A stretch of 64,000 nucleotides of DNA from assembly GCA_977030845.1 (NCBI GenBank), contig OZ365116.1:20212001-20276000 (forward strand), written 5' to 3'. The position numbers and the translations under genes were made by a program. The DNA is from Fimbriosthenelais zetlandica (Eukaryota). The notes below the pieces were generated by a model, which was given only the letters and a program-made list of their open reading frames with translations, did not search any database and was not told the origin of the DNA. Below are positions 50,401-63,243 of the stretch, one piece after another (the stretch's first letter is position 1; the number at the start of each line of letters is the position of its first letter).

Positions 50401-53400
50401 CAGCTGATAAGGTCCTAGACAAAAATAAAACTAATATATCAGCTTCTTACATGATGAAATCCCAACTAGAAACCCTTCTTTATAATTATCATGTCTTCAT
50501 TTTGATTTTATGCCATGTCACAAGCTAATATATATAATTTCTGTCTGAAAGAAGTACCCAACACTAACAGGGATTAACTAAGTGGGATTTTTAATGGTTG
50601 CAAATAGCCTTCAAGTTTGACTGATGGTTGAGGCAGGCCCATGGAAACTGAGAGCGCCTTATTGGTATTCCTGCTCTGAACAACACCTTGTAAAACACAT
50701 CAAAAATCTAGCAGAGCATCAAGAACAAACAAAAAAGTTCTTTTTCACACAATGATCAGACTAGATAGAGTTGCTCTAACTGGCTGGAGTTACTCTAACA
50801 GATGTTAGTGTATGTGGGTCACGGATTCCTGGATGTCGGAATTTTGAAACTTACACCCCACAAACAACAGGGTTCCAATCGCCAGACATAATTCAACAGT
50901 TATGGACATTTGCCCACCTGATAATTTATATCTAAGCAGGTGAAATAAGCCTGCTAGCTGAAGGGCAGGAATCAAATAGAGAGAGCTATCTCCTCATATA
51001 ACCTGCCTGAATCAGGCCCCCGAGTCCAAACTCACACAGGGTGCGTAAAAGAGAAATCAGGTAATTGAAAGCAGCAAAGATGATGGAAAAATAATATTTA
51101 GATGCCACAATCTGGAGGCAAAGCCTATAACTACATCTGTATATGATTAGATTCAGCTGTAATAGATGTAGTGTCTTATGGTCAACAGCTGCCTCACTAC
51201 TCCCAAGACTAAAATGGTGGTGAAATTAAAAAGGATATAGGAAAATAATCTTTTATATGGTGAGTGCACTCAAGTGAGTATGCACTTCACATTTATCGAA
51301 TATCTATCTGTAGATCCATGCATATAAGTATTAATGATTATTTTCATTTTAATTCCACTTTATAAAAGGGAGAATAGCATCCTGCCTCATTATGAAACAA
51401 TCCAATGAGAACAGGTGAACATGTACACAATGTTTCCACAACATGTGGGAAAAGGCAATGGTCGTCCATCATTGTTATTGGGTCTGAATCTGTAGCGAGG
51501 AAAGCACGAGTGCATCAAGAATACCTCTGTCATGTTGCCATCATTGGTGAGATTTCTGAAGACTACCAGGCATCATGAAGAGGAGATAATTTAGAAGCTG
51601 GCAGAGAACAAGTAGGCTTACTCTGACAATAATTCAGCTTTGGCTCTCTGCTGCAATTATTTGCCGCCATGCTGAGTTGCTTAAGGTCGTTGGGATGGTA
51701 TAAAGGTCAGAGTTTTTGAGGGGAACATTGTATGGATTCTTGTACATAAGAAAAGGAAGTCAGCTACAAAGGGCAGTCAGACCTTTGGTACCTTCTCTAA
51801 TATCGGACATCAAGCCTTCCCTTAAGTCACGCAATGCTGTATGTAGGTCCACCAGGATCACTATACTTATTAAAGGAAGATCCTCCAGAAGTAATTCTTA
51901 AGTTAGTTTGTAACTTTGGACATTTAGGGGTTTTTTGTACATAGTGAAGGAAGATTTGAGCCTTGAGTAACGCTCATCAATTACATTCATAACATAGACA
52001 GGACCCTTTATCCTGAAAATTGGGGTACATTCAGTTATTAGAAATTCTACAACCTGTCACGCAATTCAAGTTCATCACTGATCAGGAATCAATTTCTTTG
52101 TCAGTTTTAGGGTACTGAGGGACAGATTTGTTTCTAAGTATCGAACAATCAGGTCTAAAACCCAAGACACCTGTGACCTTTGAGAGATAGCTGGGTATTC
52201 TAGGGTAAAGAGAGGTGGTGAGAAGTGAGTGGACAAGATGACAATCTTCCACCTCCACCAGGATCTTTGACTTAGCCTAACATGCCAAAAGTCATCAACA
52301 CATCAAAACTGGTATCATCCATCATTAACAACTGATCAATCAGTTAATGTATACCTTCCAACGTTTTGACAGAGGAAGCATTTGTGACCGCATATTTACA
52401 CTCCTGACAACATTCATCCACGAGTTTCACTGACTAGCTCGTTCACCCACATGGCAATTGAAAGTAGCTTTCAAGAAAATAGCATGATTTAAGTAATGTA
52501 GGCAACATGGACAAATAATGAATGACTACCAAAGGTTCTGCCACAGAGAGAGGGTCCTATAAAACCGGAGTTTGTAACAACTAGGCTAACTCCACTTCTG
52601 GATAAAGTTAGAAAAAAAGAGTTTTGGCATCAGTTGTTTCTTATCCGTGATGTATTTCGACTCCAGACTCCCGCTTCCTTCATGCTGTGGCAATAAAATC
52701 ATGCTCACAGGCATTCTGGCTTGGAGGATAAATGTTTTCTCAGGAAACAAGAGAGGTGTGAGGAAATGGCTCAGAACAAAGGCAATGGAACATGTCACAC
52801 CTGGGACAAAAATGCCATACATGATGAGGCATAGGGGAGGTGAGGCAGCTATATGCTGGTACTCTAGGCTTTGATGGACTCTGGAACTCTTCAACTGAAT
52901 ATAATATACTCTCCATAATTCCCCCTAAAACTGGCATTCATTTGGTTAGAAAAGTACAGTTTATATAATATGGACAGATACCATATTGCCAAACATTATT
53001 TTGATGTACCGGTATGCCTTGAAGCGACTTCATGGTGAACCTATATACAGATATATCACGACAAGAGGTTAGTCCGGGGTCAAGCCTTCCAAGTCATGTA
53101 AATCTTGGTGTCACTCATGAAATATGGACATACTTATACCACAAGTGCCTCAAAGTCTCATTATAAGAATAAGGCCTGTAACAAGCAGAGTAACTCCATG
53201 GATGCAAGCATTCCATGGGACATTTAAAAAAAAAATTTCGGTAGTATATGTCCATAGAATGGAGGGGCAGGACTGATAAATTACCACATAAATGTACGGA
53301 AAGGGGTGTAAATTCTAGCTCAGTGGGTTTTTTTTTGGAGTGAGGTTCCAAACTGGACCTAATGAAATTCATGTGCGCAGTTGGGTGTGCATATAGCTCT

Positions 53401-55396
53401 AGGCAGCTTAGAGAAACCATAGATAAGAGCAACAGGAGTTTTCCACACAAGTGCAGCCGCATACATGGGTCGTAAATCCTCAATATTTAGCCCTTCTGTG
53501 GTAATGTATCAACCTCAGACATAAAGTGCACCGCCTTAGGGGGCTGGAGGTCTGTTAGGCTTTACTTCACTTGAAGCTAACAGTGGGATGGTCTGCAGGG
53601 ATTGTCTATAGTCTATATGTACCCTATCAACTCGGGGCTGTTTGGGTGAACAGTCAGCCATGGTCAACACACATTAATCACAAAACACCAGTTTACATCT
53701 TTTTAGTAAATTCGCGATGCTGACATTGACCATATCGAATATATGATTCATGGGAGTCCAAAGATCACATGCCAACCGAACTAAATAAATCTGCTGCACC
53801 GTCAACACTTATCTCGGCATGGAATTGGGGAAATCAGGAATTGCCAGCCTTAATTCCTCCATGCTGGGTGTATATTGTAATATATATACACAATGGATGT
53901 AGACGTAAGGACTGAAGGCGTGTGATAACGTACCAGTACGTACCATCTACATACACCTGCCGGTCATGCTTTTACTACACAACTAGAGAACATACCGGTA
54001 CCTCCTAGAAAAAGCCCTCTTATGTCCACACTGTTAAAAAATCACTCATGTTTTGTAATAGAAGCTAGGGCAAAAATGGAGGTGAAAAAAACAAACCTTG
54101 GATATTCTCTTTCATTTTTTAACAAAAATAAGACTTCCGTTGTGAAATCCAAGCTGGAAATCTATTAAAGAAAATGAAATGGAAGTAGAGCTTCAGTATA
54201 TCAACGTAGGTGGCATTAGTGGGTTTGGGGAAGGAAGCATCCGATATGAATTATAGAGTATAGGGCTCATGAGTTAGACCTGTCCCTTCTATCTATATTC
54301 ACCTGCTAATAAATTCTAGATAACTTAAAGCCTCTAGGGTTCCTTCTGCCCTTTATTACCAGCCTTGAAGGTTAACACCTCATTACCTACTGAAGGGATG
54401 GATGATTCCGATTTAACTTTTTTCCCTGGTAGGCAATTGTACTGCGATGAAATGCACCAATTGACTGAATTAATAAAGTATGTATCCAACGAGTATAGAA
54501 TGTATACTCGCTGATGGATTTTAAAATATAACTTTGTTGATGACTAAGAAGGGTCCCAAAATATTCCCAAGAAACTCTGTGTTTCAATACTTGTAGATGG
54601 GGAATAGGTGCTCATGACAGCGCGGGTCACACAGCAGTAAAAACCATCATGAATGAGATGTGCTCAGACCAGCTCACGGGCAAGTGTAAGAAAGCAGCAG
54701 TGAGCGGACTAACATAGACAGATAGAGGATGGAATCCAGCAAAAATATAAACAAGCAGTCACAATCCTCTCAACATCCCCTTTCAACATCCAGCTTTGAA
54801 GATCCAACACTACCTATAGTTTATACTTAAACACTATATTTTCATTATCACACGTGGCGCTGAGCACATAACTAACGATGATTAACAAATAAATGTAAGT
54901 GTTTCTGACCAGCCTCTTACTCTAGAAAACTTAGACTTCGTCCATATAATATAGTCAATTTTATGCTGCCAATTCTGAACTAGAACTAATGAAGCTATTC
55001 TGAGCTTTGAATTGTTAGGAAATTAAATGAACTAATGAAATTAAAAATGCCTCACACAAAGAAACAATAATATATCAAACAAATAATATAAATAATGTAG
55101 TATATTCCTCCCTCTAAAACTCAAGAACATAGACCTGTACAGTCTACTACAATTTGTGAAATAATAGAAAGCTTATGAACCATCGAGCAATGACTGGGGT
55201 GTAAATTATTGCTGACAGTCTCTAGCCCAGAAAAGTACCCCAAAATTTCTAAGACCCACAAGATGGGTTAGAATCAAAGAACCTGTACATATTACCTGTA
55301 TAAGATACCTGTACAAAAACAAAAGATATCAAAGGTACATACTGTAAACAAGGTAGTAGTGGCATTATCTGGATATAGTACCACCAGGTATCTTAC

Positions 55397-55740
55397 CTTG
55401 AGGGACCCGTTACGAGGCAGGAGTAGTAGTGGCCTACTCACAGCTGAGGGGGAGTAAAGTCTCACTTGATGGTCGGAGTGGGGGAGTAGGAGGAAGCGGA
55501 AGCGGGTGAGCTAGTGGTGTTTGTGGTGCTGTTGCCAGTGGTGGCGGTGTAACAGCGTGTGTTTCTCGGCTCTTATGAGCCCCTCTCTGAGTTTGTGAGG
55601 AGTTTCTCAAGTCATGAGATTAAGTACGGGAGTAAGCTGCTAGTAGACCTCAGGGAAGTTGACAGTATTGGTGGGTGGGGGTGTAAGTTGGTGTGTAAAC
55701 GTGTGTGTATATATCACGTTGTGATGTTACTTATAAAGTT
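55397..55740 (-). promoter_or_regulatory. Probable promoter plus non-coding first exon, transcribed leftward
   Basis: TTTATAA near 55730-55736 on the minus strand, a C-rich leader of about 300 nt with no ATG-initiated frame open to the donor that I could find, and a strong donor CAAG|GTAAGA at 55397/55396. Confidence 0.5.
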
Positions 55741-56207
55741 GTTCATGTTTGTATTAATAATGTTTTTCATTGGCGTACCTTTTTCCATCTAAAACCACCT
55801 TGGACCTAATCACCCACCAACATATAACATGATCTGACTAATATTGGTAGGCACACATATTTAATTCAGCAAACAAATACCCCATGGTACCAGGAATAGA
55901 AGTAGTAAAAGAAAATTATGAAATATGAAAATACCAATTAAATATACAAACCTGGGTTAAAATGACGAGGAGAGTTGACTGGTCATTGCGCCCATGTCGC
56001 CACTAATTATGAGTAGACCCATCTGATGGATGGGTTACAAAAGAAGCCTGGGCGCGTGATATGGCTGGCCTCCATCACAAGCTATTCATCATACCAACAT
56101 GATGGGGCACACCAGGCTCGGTATTTTTATCCCATTTTTCATTACGCCAAATATTGCGGAACGGTATTCGGATTGTAAAGAGTACCTGCTTGTTTAAACT
56201 ACAATGT

Positions 56208-56648
56208 CAGGGCTCAAGCTAGACCTCAAAGGATAGGAAAGCAGCATTGGGAGGGGTGTAATTTTGTTGGGTTATATCGGTTGAATTATTGGCCACTTGT
56301 CGGCCTACTCACAGCCGAGCGTCTGTGGCGTGTGTAAAAGCTAAGACCCGTCCTGTGCCTCGAACCCGCCTAGCGGGTGGCATGTTCTGAATACACACTT
56401 TATAGGCTACCTCTGTAACAGTATGTATTTAGCATATTTTGTAAACTGGTAGCCATTTTATCACCGATAATATAGCTTTTACCTCCACGCTGATTCCGAC
56501 CATTGTATAACAACGCTTTAGTCTATGGCTATACAATGGCCAGATTCAAAACAAGTAGTCAACTTTTTAGCCAACTCCAAGGCGATAGTCGCCAACCAAT
56601 TATTTTATTCTTAATTGGCGACAAATGCGAAAGGTAGCTGGAGCCCTG
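56208..56648. mobile_element. MITE-like non-autonomous DNA transposon (~441 bp)
   Basis: Imperfect TIRs CAGGGCTCAAGCTA and TAGCTGGAGCCCTG, flanked by the direct repeat AATGT (56203-56207 and 56649-56653). Subterminal hairpins GGCGATAGTCGCC and TCGCCAA...TTGGCGA. Confidence 0.6.
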
Positions 56649-57029
56649 AATGTATTCTGCAGATCCGCGCGAATAGTTATATTAATTTTCTCAGCAAAAG
56701 TGTAGCGAAATGATTAATGGTAGCATCCACGGGCCATTTATTTTCACATAGCATGCATTGATATGGTGTAATATATTCATTTATCTCAGTCACACTGCAT
56801 ATTGTAGTTCATGTAATGGGTCCATCATCAACACAATCACATTTAAAGCGCCTCGTCGATGACCAAATAATAGACAAGTCTAGCAAGTAGGTGCCGACAA
56901 CCACAGTGGCTCACCAAATCCATCATATATGTGATTCACTGGTAGTCCATTTTCACTGTCACTTCGGTATTCTCAAAAATGTCATAATTTATATACACTG
57001 TAAATTATAATCTAAATTAGCTAAAAGCA

Positions 57030-58178
57030 CTAAGAGCCTTTCTCCGATTTCTTTCGTTCGTCCTCGGCGATGATATAATTAATAAGTTCCCGCACGGTTT
57101 TAAAGTCACTTTTTCCAGGTTCTTTGCTTTTAGGTAATTCAGGCATTTTGGACTGAATTGTAGCGGAGAATTCATCCATCTGAACAAAGAGAAAAGTCTT
57201 TGGTACACAGAGCAAAGACAAAATCATGAACATTGATACGTGATGCCCACAGTGCAGTTCACTAAGGAAATTTGGCATTACATATCTATGACCAGTACCT
57301 GGTTTTTACCATCTTATCACTATATCCTTAAAAGCTAATAACACTTTACTTAATTTCTAATAAGAATTGGGCAAGCAAAAAGACATGAACTTACAGATTT
57401 AGACCCTGTTAACTTCCAAACCCCAAAGCACAATAAACCAACGCCTCCTATGGCCCAGAGCGTGCCATAACCAAGTGCTCGCATTGCTAGAGCACCTCCA
57501 CTCTCTGGTATTGTCCGTGAACCAACAAATCCCTGAAAGAAAAGAGAAACATTTAATGAAGTTAATCAATCAAATTAAATAAATCATTGACAGGGTAATA
57601 CATGGCGGTAGTAAAAGTCACATGGTCCCCGCTTGAAATAGAAGTAAATATGACACAAATGAAGTAGGCCGAGCCCGAGTTATTTCACTTACCGTAGAAA
57701 ACATATTTGGATCTTTCTTCTTTGCGAGGCCTAATGCATAGCCGAAACCAGCGGCTAGTGAAACCACACCGACTCCACCCAGAAACAGTGTACCTGCAAG
57801 GCAGACATGTATACACTTAGTATTTTTGAAATAAATAGAAGTGATATATACAGCAAGATATAAACATATACGCTTTTATTAGAGAGTCAAATCACTACTG
57901 TCATGACCAACGAAAGGGAGGTATGACACGCCCATTCATTCATAGATACGGTAAACACAAGCTTGCAGTGCCTATGCTATGCCTATGACCTTAGACTACA
58001 AGCGATAATTTGCAATTACCAACTAAATTTAAACGGTATATTTAGTAAAAACATGAATATAGGGATTACCTGCTACTCTGGATTTTCGTCTTGCCTCGTG
58101 TAGTGCCGTAACAACCGTCTGTTCGCTGTTTTCGTGCTGTGAATTCCGCACATGGTCTTCACTGTCACTGTCAGCCAT
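57030..58178 (-). CDS. TMEM242: Transmembrane protein 242; 4 exons, 165 aa
   Basis: Exons 58070-58178, 57693-57793, 57395-57532 and 57030-57179, GT-AG and in frame. Motifs GTLFLGGVG, LAKKKDP, PESGGALAMRALGYGTLWA, GVWKLTG and FSATIQSKMPELPK. Confidence 0.93.
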
Positions 58179-58390
58179 TTTGTACAGAACTGTGTATTGT
58201 GATGTTCACCGACACAATGTTTATTCAATCTTCAATTCTATACAAAGCTTACTTTGAAAATGTCTCACATAATTATTTGATCACTCTGTAGTAATACTGA
58301 CTTCGAATGTGTCGTGTTTCATGTGCAAATGCGTTTTAAATATTCTTCGGCACCGGTCATTATTTCTGCGACACCGACTCCAATTTCAAG
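58179..58390. promoter_or_regulatory. Bidirectional promoter between TMEM242 and PCNP
   Basis: Only 212 bp separate the two divergent start codons, and the region has locally elevated CpG. Confidence 0.7.
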
Positions 58391-60674
58391 ATGGCGGACT
58401 CGAGGCGGCCGCGGAGCGATCTCAGAGGTTAGATTTTCGTTTTTTAACTATTGTAGCTCATTTTAAATAACAGTGGTTTATCTTACACGTATACACAACA
58501 TCAAGGCATGTCTGTAGATATATTTATGGTGGTTTATTTTCGGTATATACGCTGCGATCTCAAAAACTGCGTCAGCCTCAGCCTCAGGACTCCAGTCACT
58601 GTGTCTGAGTCAGTAGACCGAGAGGCTCGGGAGGGGCTCTAACCCGAGTAGGCAGCTGCCGAGCAGGGTCAGACCAGTTCATGGCAACTTGAATGCAGTG
58701 CCTACTTAGTCTATATTGATGTATACCCCAGAAATAACAAGATAGCCAACGAAAAAGTGTGCATTGGATGCTATAGATCAGCATAATATGGTCATAGACA
58801 GGGATAGCCTATAGTAGGTATATACTTAAATTCGGAAAGAACATGTTGAGCATAATAATTATGTAGAATAATAACGTAGTACATTGCAGGTTTCGTGTTT
58901 TATTTCATGTTAATATGGATATATCAATATCTACTTTGTTAGATGACCCAGCAAGGTCATCTACCTTTATCTTAAATCATTGAGCTAGAACCAGTGAATC
59001 AACTGTGTTCTTTAATGCTCGTTTTAGATAGGAAAACAATTAAACCTCATTTATATTTTAGTATGAAAGTTGCATGGTCTGCAACAACAAAAACCGAAGT
59101 CTATATATAAAGCAGTTTTTTCACTTAGCTCTGGCCGTCATAATACCGTTCACTGTACATACATGCCGCCAGGTGAGAAAAGCCTGAACTAAGAGTCTAA
59201 GACTCAGCTAAAGATGGCGCTGCTGCAGCTCTCGTGTCCTATGTACATACAATCGTCTTTAGTTTCCCACCAAAAGAACAGACAGTAGTGGATACGTTTT
59301 AAAAAAGAAATATATTATATTGGTTATTATCAATGTCTAAATATTACTTGACATAAGTAAGTGGTAGCCTACTTGGGTAATTAGTTTAGACTCGTGTGCT
59401 TATTCTTTTATCTCATCATTCCCAGTCTTTACCCAACAGAAGCTGGAGAGAGCCGGAGAAGTCGATGGGACAGATCATCAAAGGAGGGCAGCCGCTGGGA
59501 CAGATCAAGCTCTCAACGATCAGACAGGAGTTACAAGGACAGGTCCCCCGAGCGTAGTTACCGGGACAGATCGCCCGCCGACGACAGCCGATACCAGAAC
59601 AGATTATCAGGACATAAGACGAGTAATCGTGACTCTGAATATAGATCTGATAGACAGAGAATCCGTGAACTCACTGAGGATATTGAGGAGAGACAAAGAG
59701 AGGCAAGGCGCAGCAGTGAGAAGGTATCACAGAATGAGGAACCAAGTCAGACTAACCCCACTGATGACCCCATTGAGAGAATGTTCCGGGAGTATGAGAG
59801 GGGTATGATGGTGAAGCCTGCAGCAGCCGCTGACCCAGGCCCAGTGTCTTACGGCATTCCACAGTTAGCAGCGTACAATGACGTGGATGACAGGAGGAAA
59901 GACTCAGGTGATGAGGATTTAGATGGGAAGCCCTTACCTGAGGCAGAACCCACCCCAAAGTTCACAGGGTTTGGTATGTTCTCAAAGAAAGATGTAGCCG
60001 GCACTAGTACAGAGGTTCCTGTCCCACCAAAAAAACCTATGGCCCCTATCAAGATGTCCCTAGGAGTTCAGGTAAATAATCTATAAAAAATTATCTATGA
60101 TTTCAGTAAGCATAGGTTAATAACTAACTATAATTGATAACCTTTCAGTCACTTTGAACATAAATTTTGTATTAAAATAAACAATTACCCCCTTTTGTAT
60201 CAGGTGATATAATTATAACTGTTCTGTTTTCGCTCTCATTACAGAAGCCCAAAGCTCCACCCGCCTTAAAGAAAACTGCGGCTGTAGCAAGTATTTTCGG
60301 CGAGGACGATGATGTAAGTTCAACTAGGTTTCTCTTCTTTTGTGCTGAATTAATTATAATGTGTAAAATATTTATATTTGACTTAATTTTCTAGAGTGAG
60401 GAAGAAGAAATGCCTGCTGCTGCAAAAATGCGAATGAGAAATATTGGAAGGTAAGCATGGCATCAATGACTCAACTTTATAAACAGTTTAGCACATCATC
60501 TGCTGCTGCAAATAAATCAGCTTAAAATGACATAAGATTGAGATTTAATAATAATATTTCAGAGAAACGCCAACCGCTGCCGGACCAAACTCCTTTGGAA
60601 AAGGTCGCTTGGGCTTCTGTGATCGCCAGAAAATTATCGCCAGAGAAATCCAGAAGAAGATAGAAGATGTGTGA
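58391..60674 (+). CDS. PCNP: PEST proteolytic signal-containing nuclear protein with an extended RS/RD-rich N-terminal region; 5 exons, 301 aa
   Basis: Exons 58391-58427, 59440-60071, 60245-60313, 60395-60450 and 60563-60674, in frame. The C-terminal half PIKMSLG...[48 protein letters not shown] matches PCNP. Confidence 0.92.
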
Positions 60675-61908
60675 TCATAAACATAGTTGGGGGGTGGGTC
60701 TCAGAATTACTGAATCTGAAAATACTGTTGGAAATTATTAGCTGGATGGACTTAACGTCCACTGCCGTATTAGTCATGTTCACTCTCACTCTGGATGTAA
60801 TATTAATCTCGATTTGTCCTATGCACAGTCCTACTGGTTCGTAGTAGACGTAATTTGGAAAGATAATGATACTAAATGATAGCAGGGAACTTGAAATAAG
60901 CATGCCGTTATTCATTCAACCAAATACTATATCCAGTTTCCTTGAATCACTTGAGACCTACGTGATTAATCCATGCATTGATTCTTTATGCAGGTATTAT
61001 AGTACAGGCACTTACAATAAGTGCCTGCATTTTTTTAATTTTAATATTTTAAAACTTTCTCTTTCTCTGATAAAACCTTCAATGACCTGTTATTAAGGTA
61101 AGCTAATTATTGCCATGGACCAGCACTTGCTTGTCCACTATAACATCTGACAGCTGTTCATAGCGATATTTATGTGTATATATAATGACTTGTACTGCAA
61201 TAGCGGAATTAAAAATTCTCGTATAGAAAGTCTGTTTGTTTTGAAGTATTCCTTTAGGATTAGGTGCAGCTGAATTAAAAGATGTCCTTGTAGGCCAGTC
61301 AGCTCTGGGAGATCATGTTTTCAACTTACACAGGGACATCAAACATTTTTCAAAATATTTATTAGAAGGCAAATACATAACTAGACAGTCAAAAGTGAGT
61401 GTTTCACAATCTTTAAAAGAAGAATTATACATGGAGTGTTCATAAATGTACCGGTACATTAACATATATACTTCAGAAGTGTTTATCACTTCTCTGCTAA
61501 ATGGAAAATTAACTGTAACAAATGACGAGAGTGAGGTAAAATAAATTGACAACACTTCTCAATAATCATTAACCACAACACATGAGAACAAGGTCGCTGA
61601 CTGGAAAATCCATTGGGAAGCAAGTCACTAAAGAGAACGAGATCGATTCTCTTCATAAAATCTATGCATAGTATTTATCCGGAGTGGAAAGAAAATCTGG
61701 AAAATACAATCCTGAAACGGACTTACAATATACCAAATATCAATTGATTTAATGTTTTGTTAAAGTATAAACGTACTAACAAGAATTGCTCAGCCTGTGG
61801 ATGAAACTATTGTAGTCAACCTACGTTGCATTGCTTGATTTCTTGTCACGTAGTAATTAACATAAAATAGTGCAGAGTAATAGACTAGAAGTGATCTACC
61901 CAGTGTAG

Positions 61909-62317
61909 TTAACAGGGCCTCTTATTACCATCTCTTTCCTTCTCTCGTAACAGTTCATCCCTCTTTTGTTTCTCATAACGTTTGACCTGCCAATAGAGGA
62001 AACAAATCAGTATAAAACATCTTTGAAGTTTGCGGTAGGAACATACCCAGGATGGGTCTGATAATTATCAAATTTAAATAGAATTGATTGGGAAAGTGAG
62101 TGAGGACGCACCTTTTCTACAGCCTCGTGCATGGAGAGTCTGCCCTCCTTGACTAGCAGCATGAGCTCTATCCTGTCCTCGTCAGGCATGGTGATTTCAC
62201 TAGCATTCAGATCTCCCTCGTACTGTTTGTATACATACTTTCTAGGCGGCTTCTTCCTGAACAGTCTTCCTAGTGTTAAACCCTTCTTTCTCAAGTCTAT
62301 TTCACCCAAGGGATATT
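61909..62317 (-). CDS. SASH1: SASH1-like exons (partial gene entering from the right)
   Basis: Exon 62112-62317 (acceptor TTACAG, donor AAG|GTGCGT) encodes ASEITMPDEDRIELMLLVKEGRLSMHEAVEK, close to the recalled SASH1 segment [29 protein letters not shown]. The next exon from 61986 (VKRYEKQKRDE...) either ends at TAA 61909 or splices at 61929. Confidence 0.65.
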
Positions 62318-63225
62318 CTGTAAGAACAAGGAGAAACAAAGAGATCAATGAAACTCAAATACATGTACTGACTAGTAAATGCATGAGCTGCTTTCTAGAG
62401 ACATTATAGAACACATTGAAAACATTTCCATTCCTACACAAGGTGGCTGGTTATTCGTGGAAGTAATCTGAACTATAAAATATGTAAAGGGAAGTCCCGG
62501 GTGGACTATTCTGTCTAGTCTAGTGCTGACTGTGGGTGAGATTTTCTCACTGGGAATATTCTGACTATATTTTTGATATAATCCATGAGCTAGACTGCCA
62601 TCTCGGTCAATAAGGCATCTCTAGATATATTCGCAGCAGAAAATATTCACAGTTCTACTATATATGGGAATTCTCTTATAAAAATCTCCACTATATTCCT
62701 ACATAACCGCAGTGTAGTTTTTAGAAAGAAATACATATATGAAATGAAAACATATTTTTAAAGCCCAGATATGAGGTACAAGAGATGGATGTCCTCTACA
62801 GTGCTTTAGGTAGCGTACATTAAGATTCCATTAATCTTATTAGGGACGTCCACATGGACACTGCATTAGGAGCACATCAATATAACAAAGAGAGACAAGA
62901 ATACAATGTCAAATAGATCCTTACATTCTAGAAAACTGGAGAATTGTCTCTTTTTATTGCTACAAAACTATCATACATTTCAGATTCTATTGCCTGTCAT
63001 TGCCAAGCTACTGCCTCCAACAAAGTTTCTCCAATTTAATTGGTAGCATTGTTTGGTTTGCATAAGCCCGTGTTAATGGAAGTAACAGAATTGGGAATCG
63101 ATCAAATGATTTGATAAATTCAGGGATCCATCAATAACAATAATTCCCACTTCACATTGTTCCGTCCTATCACCGGAACCCACCCCTCAACTCCCCTCCA
63201 ACCCCATCCCCATCTACATTGTCAA

Positions 63226-63243
63226 CCCCCCCCCCCCCCCCCC
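63226..63243. repeat. poly(C) tract
   Basis: About 18 consecutive C within a C-rich patch. Confidence 0.9.

Noticed and set aside
52586-53483. Several 65-122 aa ORFs, one Cys/His-rich
   Set aside because: No coherent domain or splice structure
58570-58690. GC-rich structured patch (CTCGGG...CCCGAG hairpin) as an intronic snoRNA
   Set aside because: No convincing C/D or H/ACA boxes at the expected positions.
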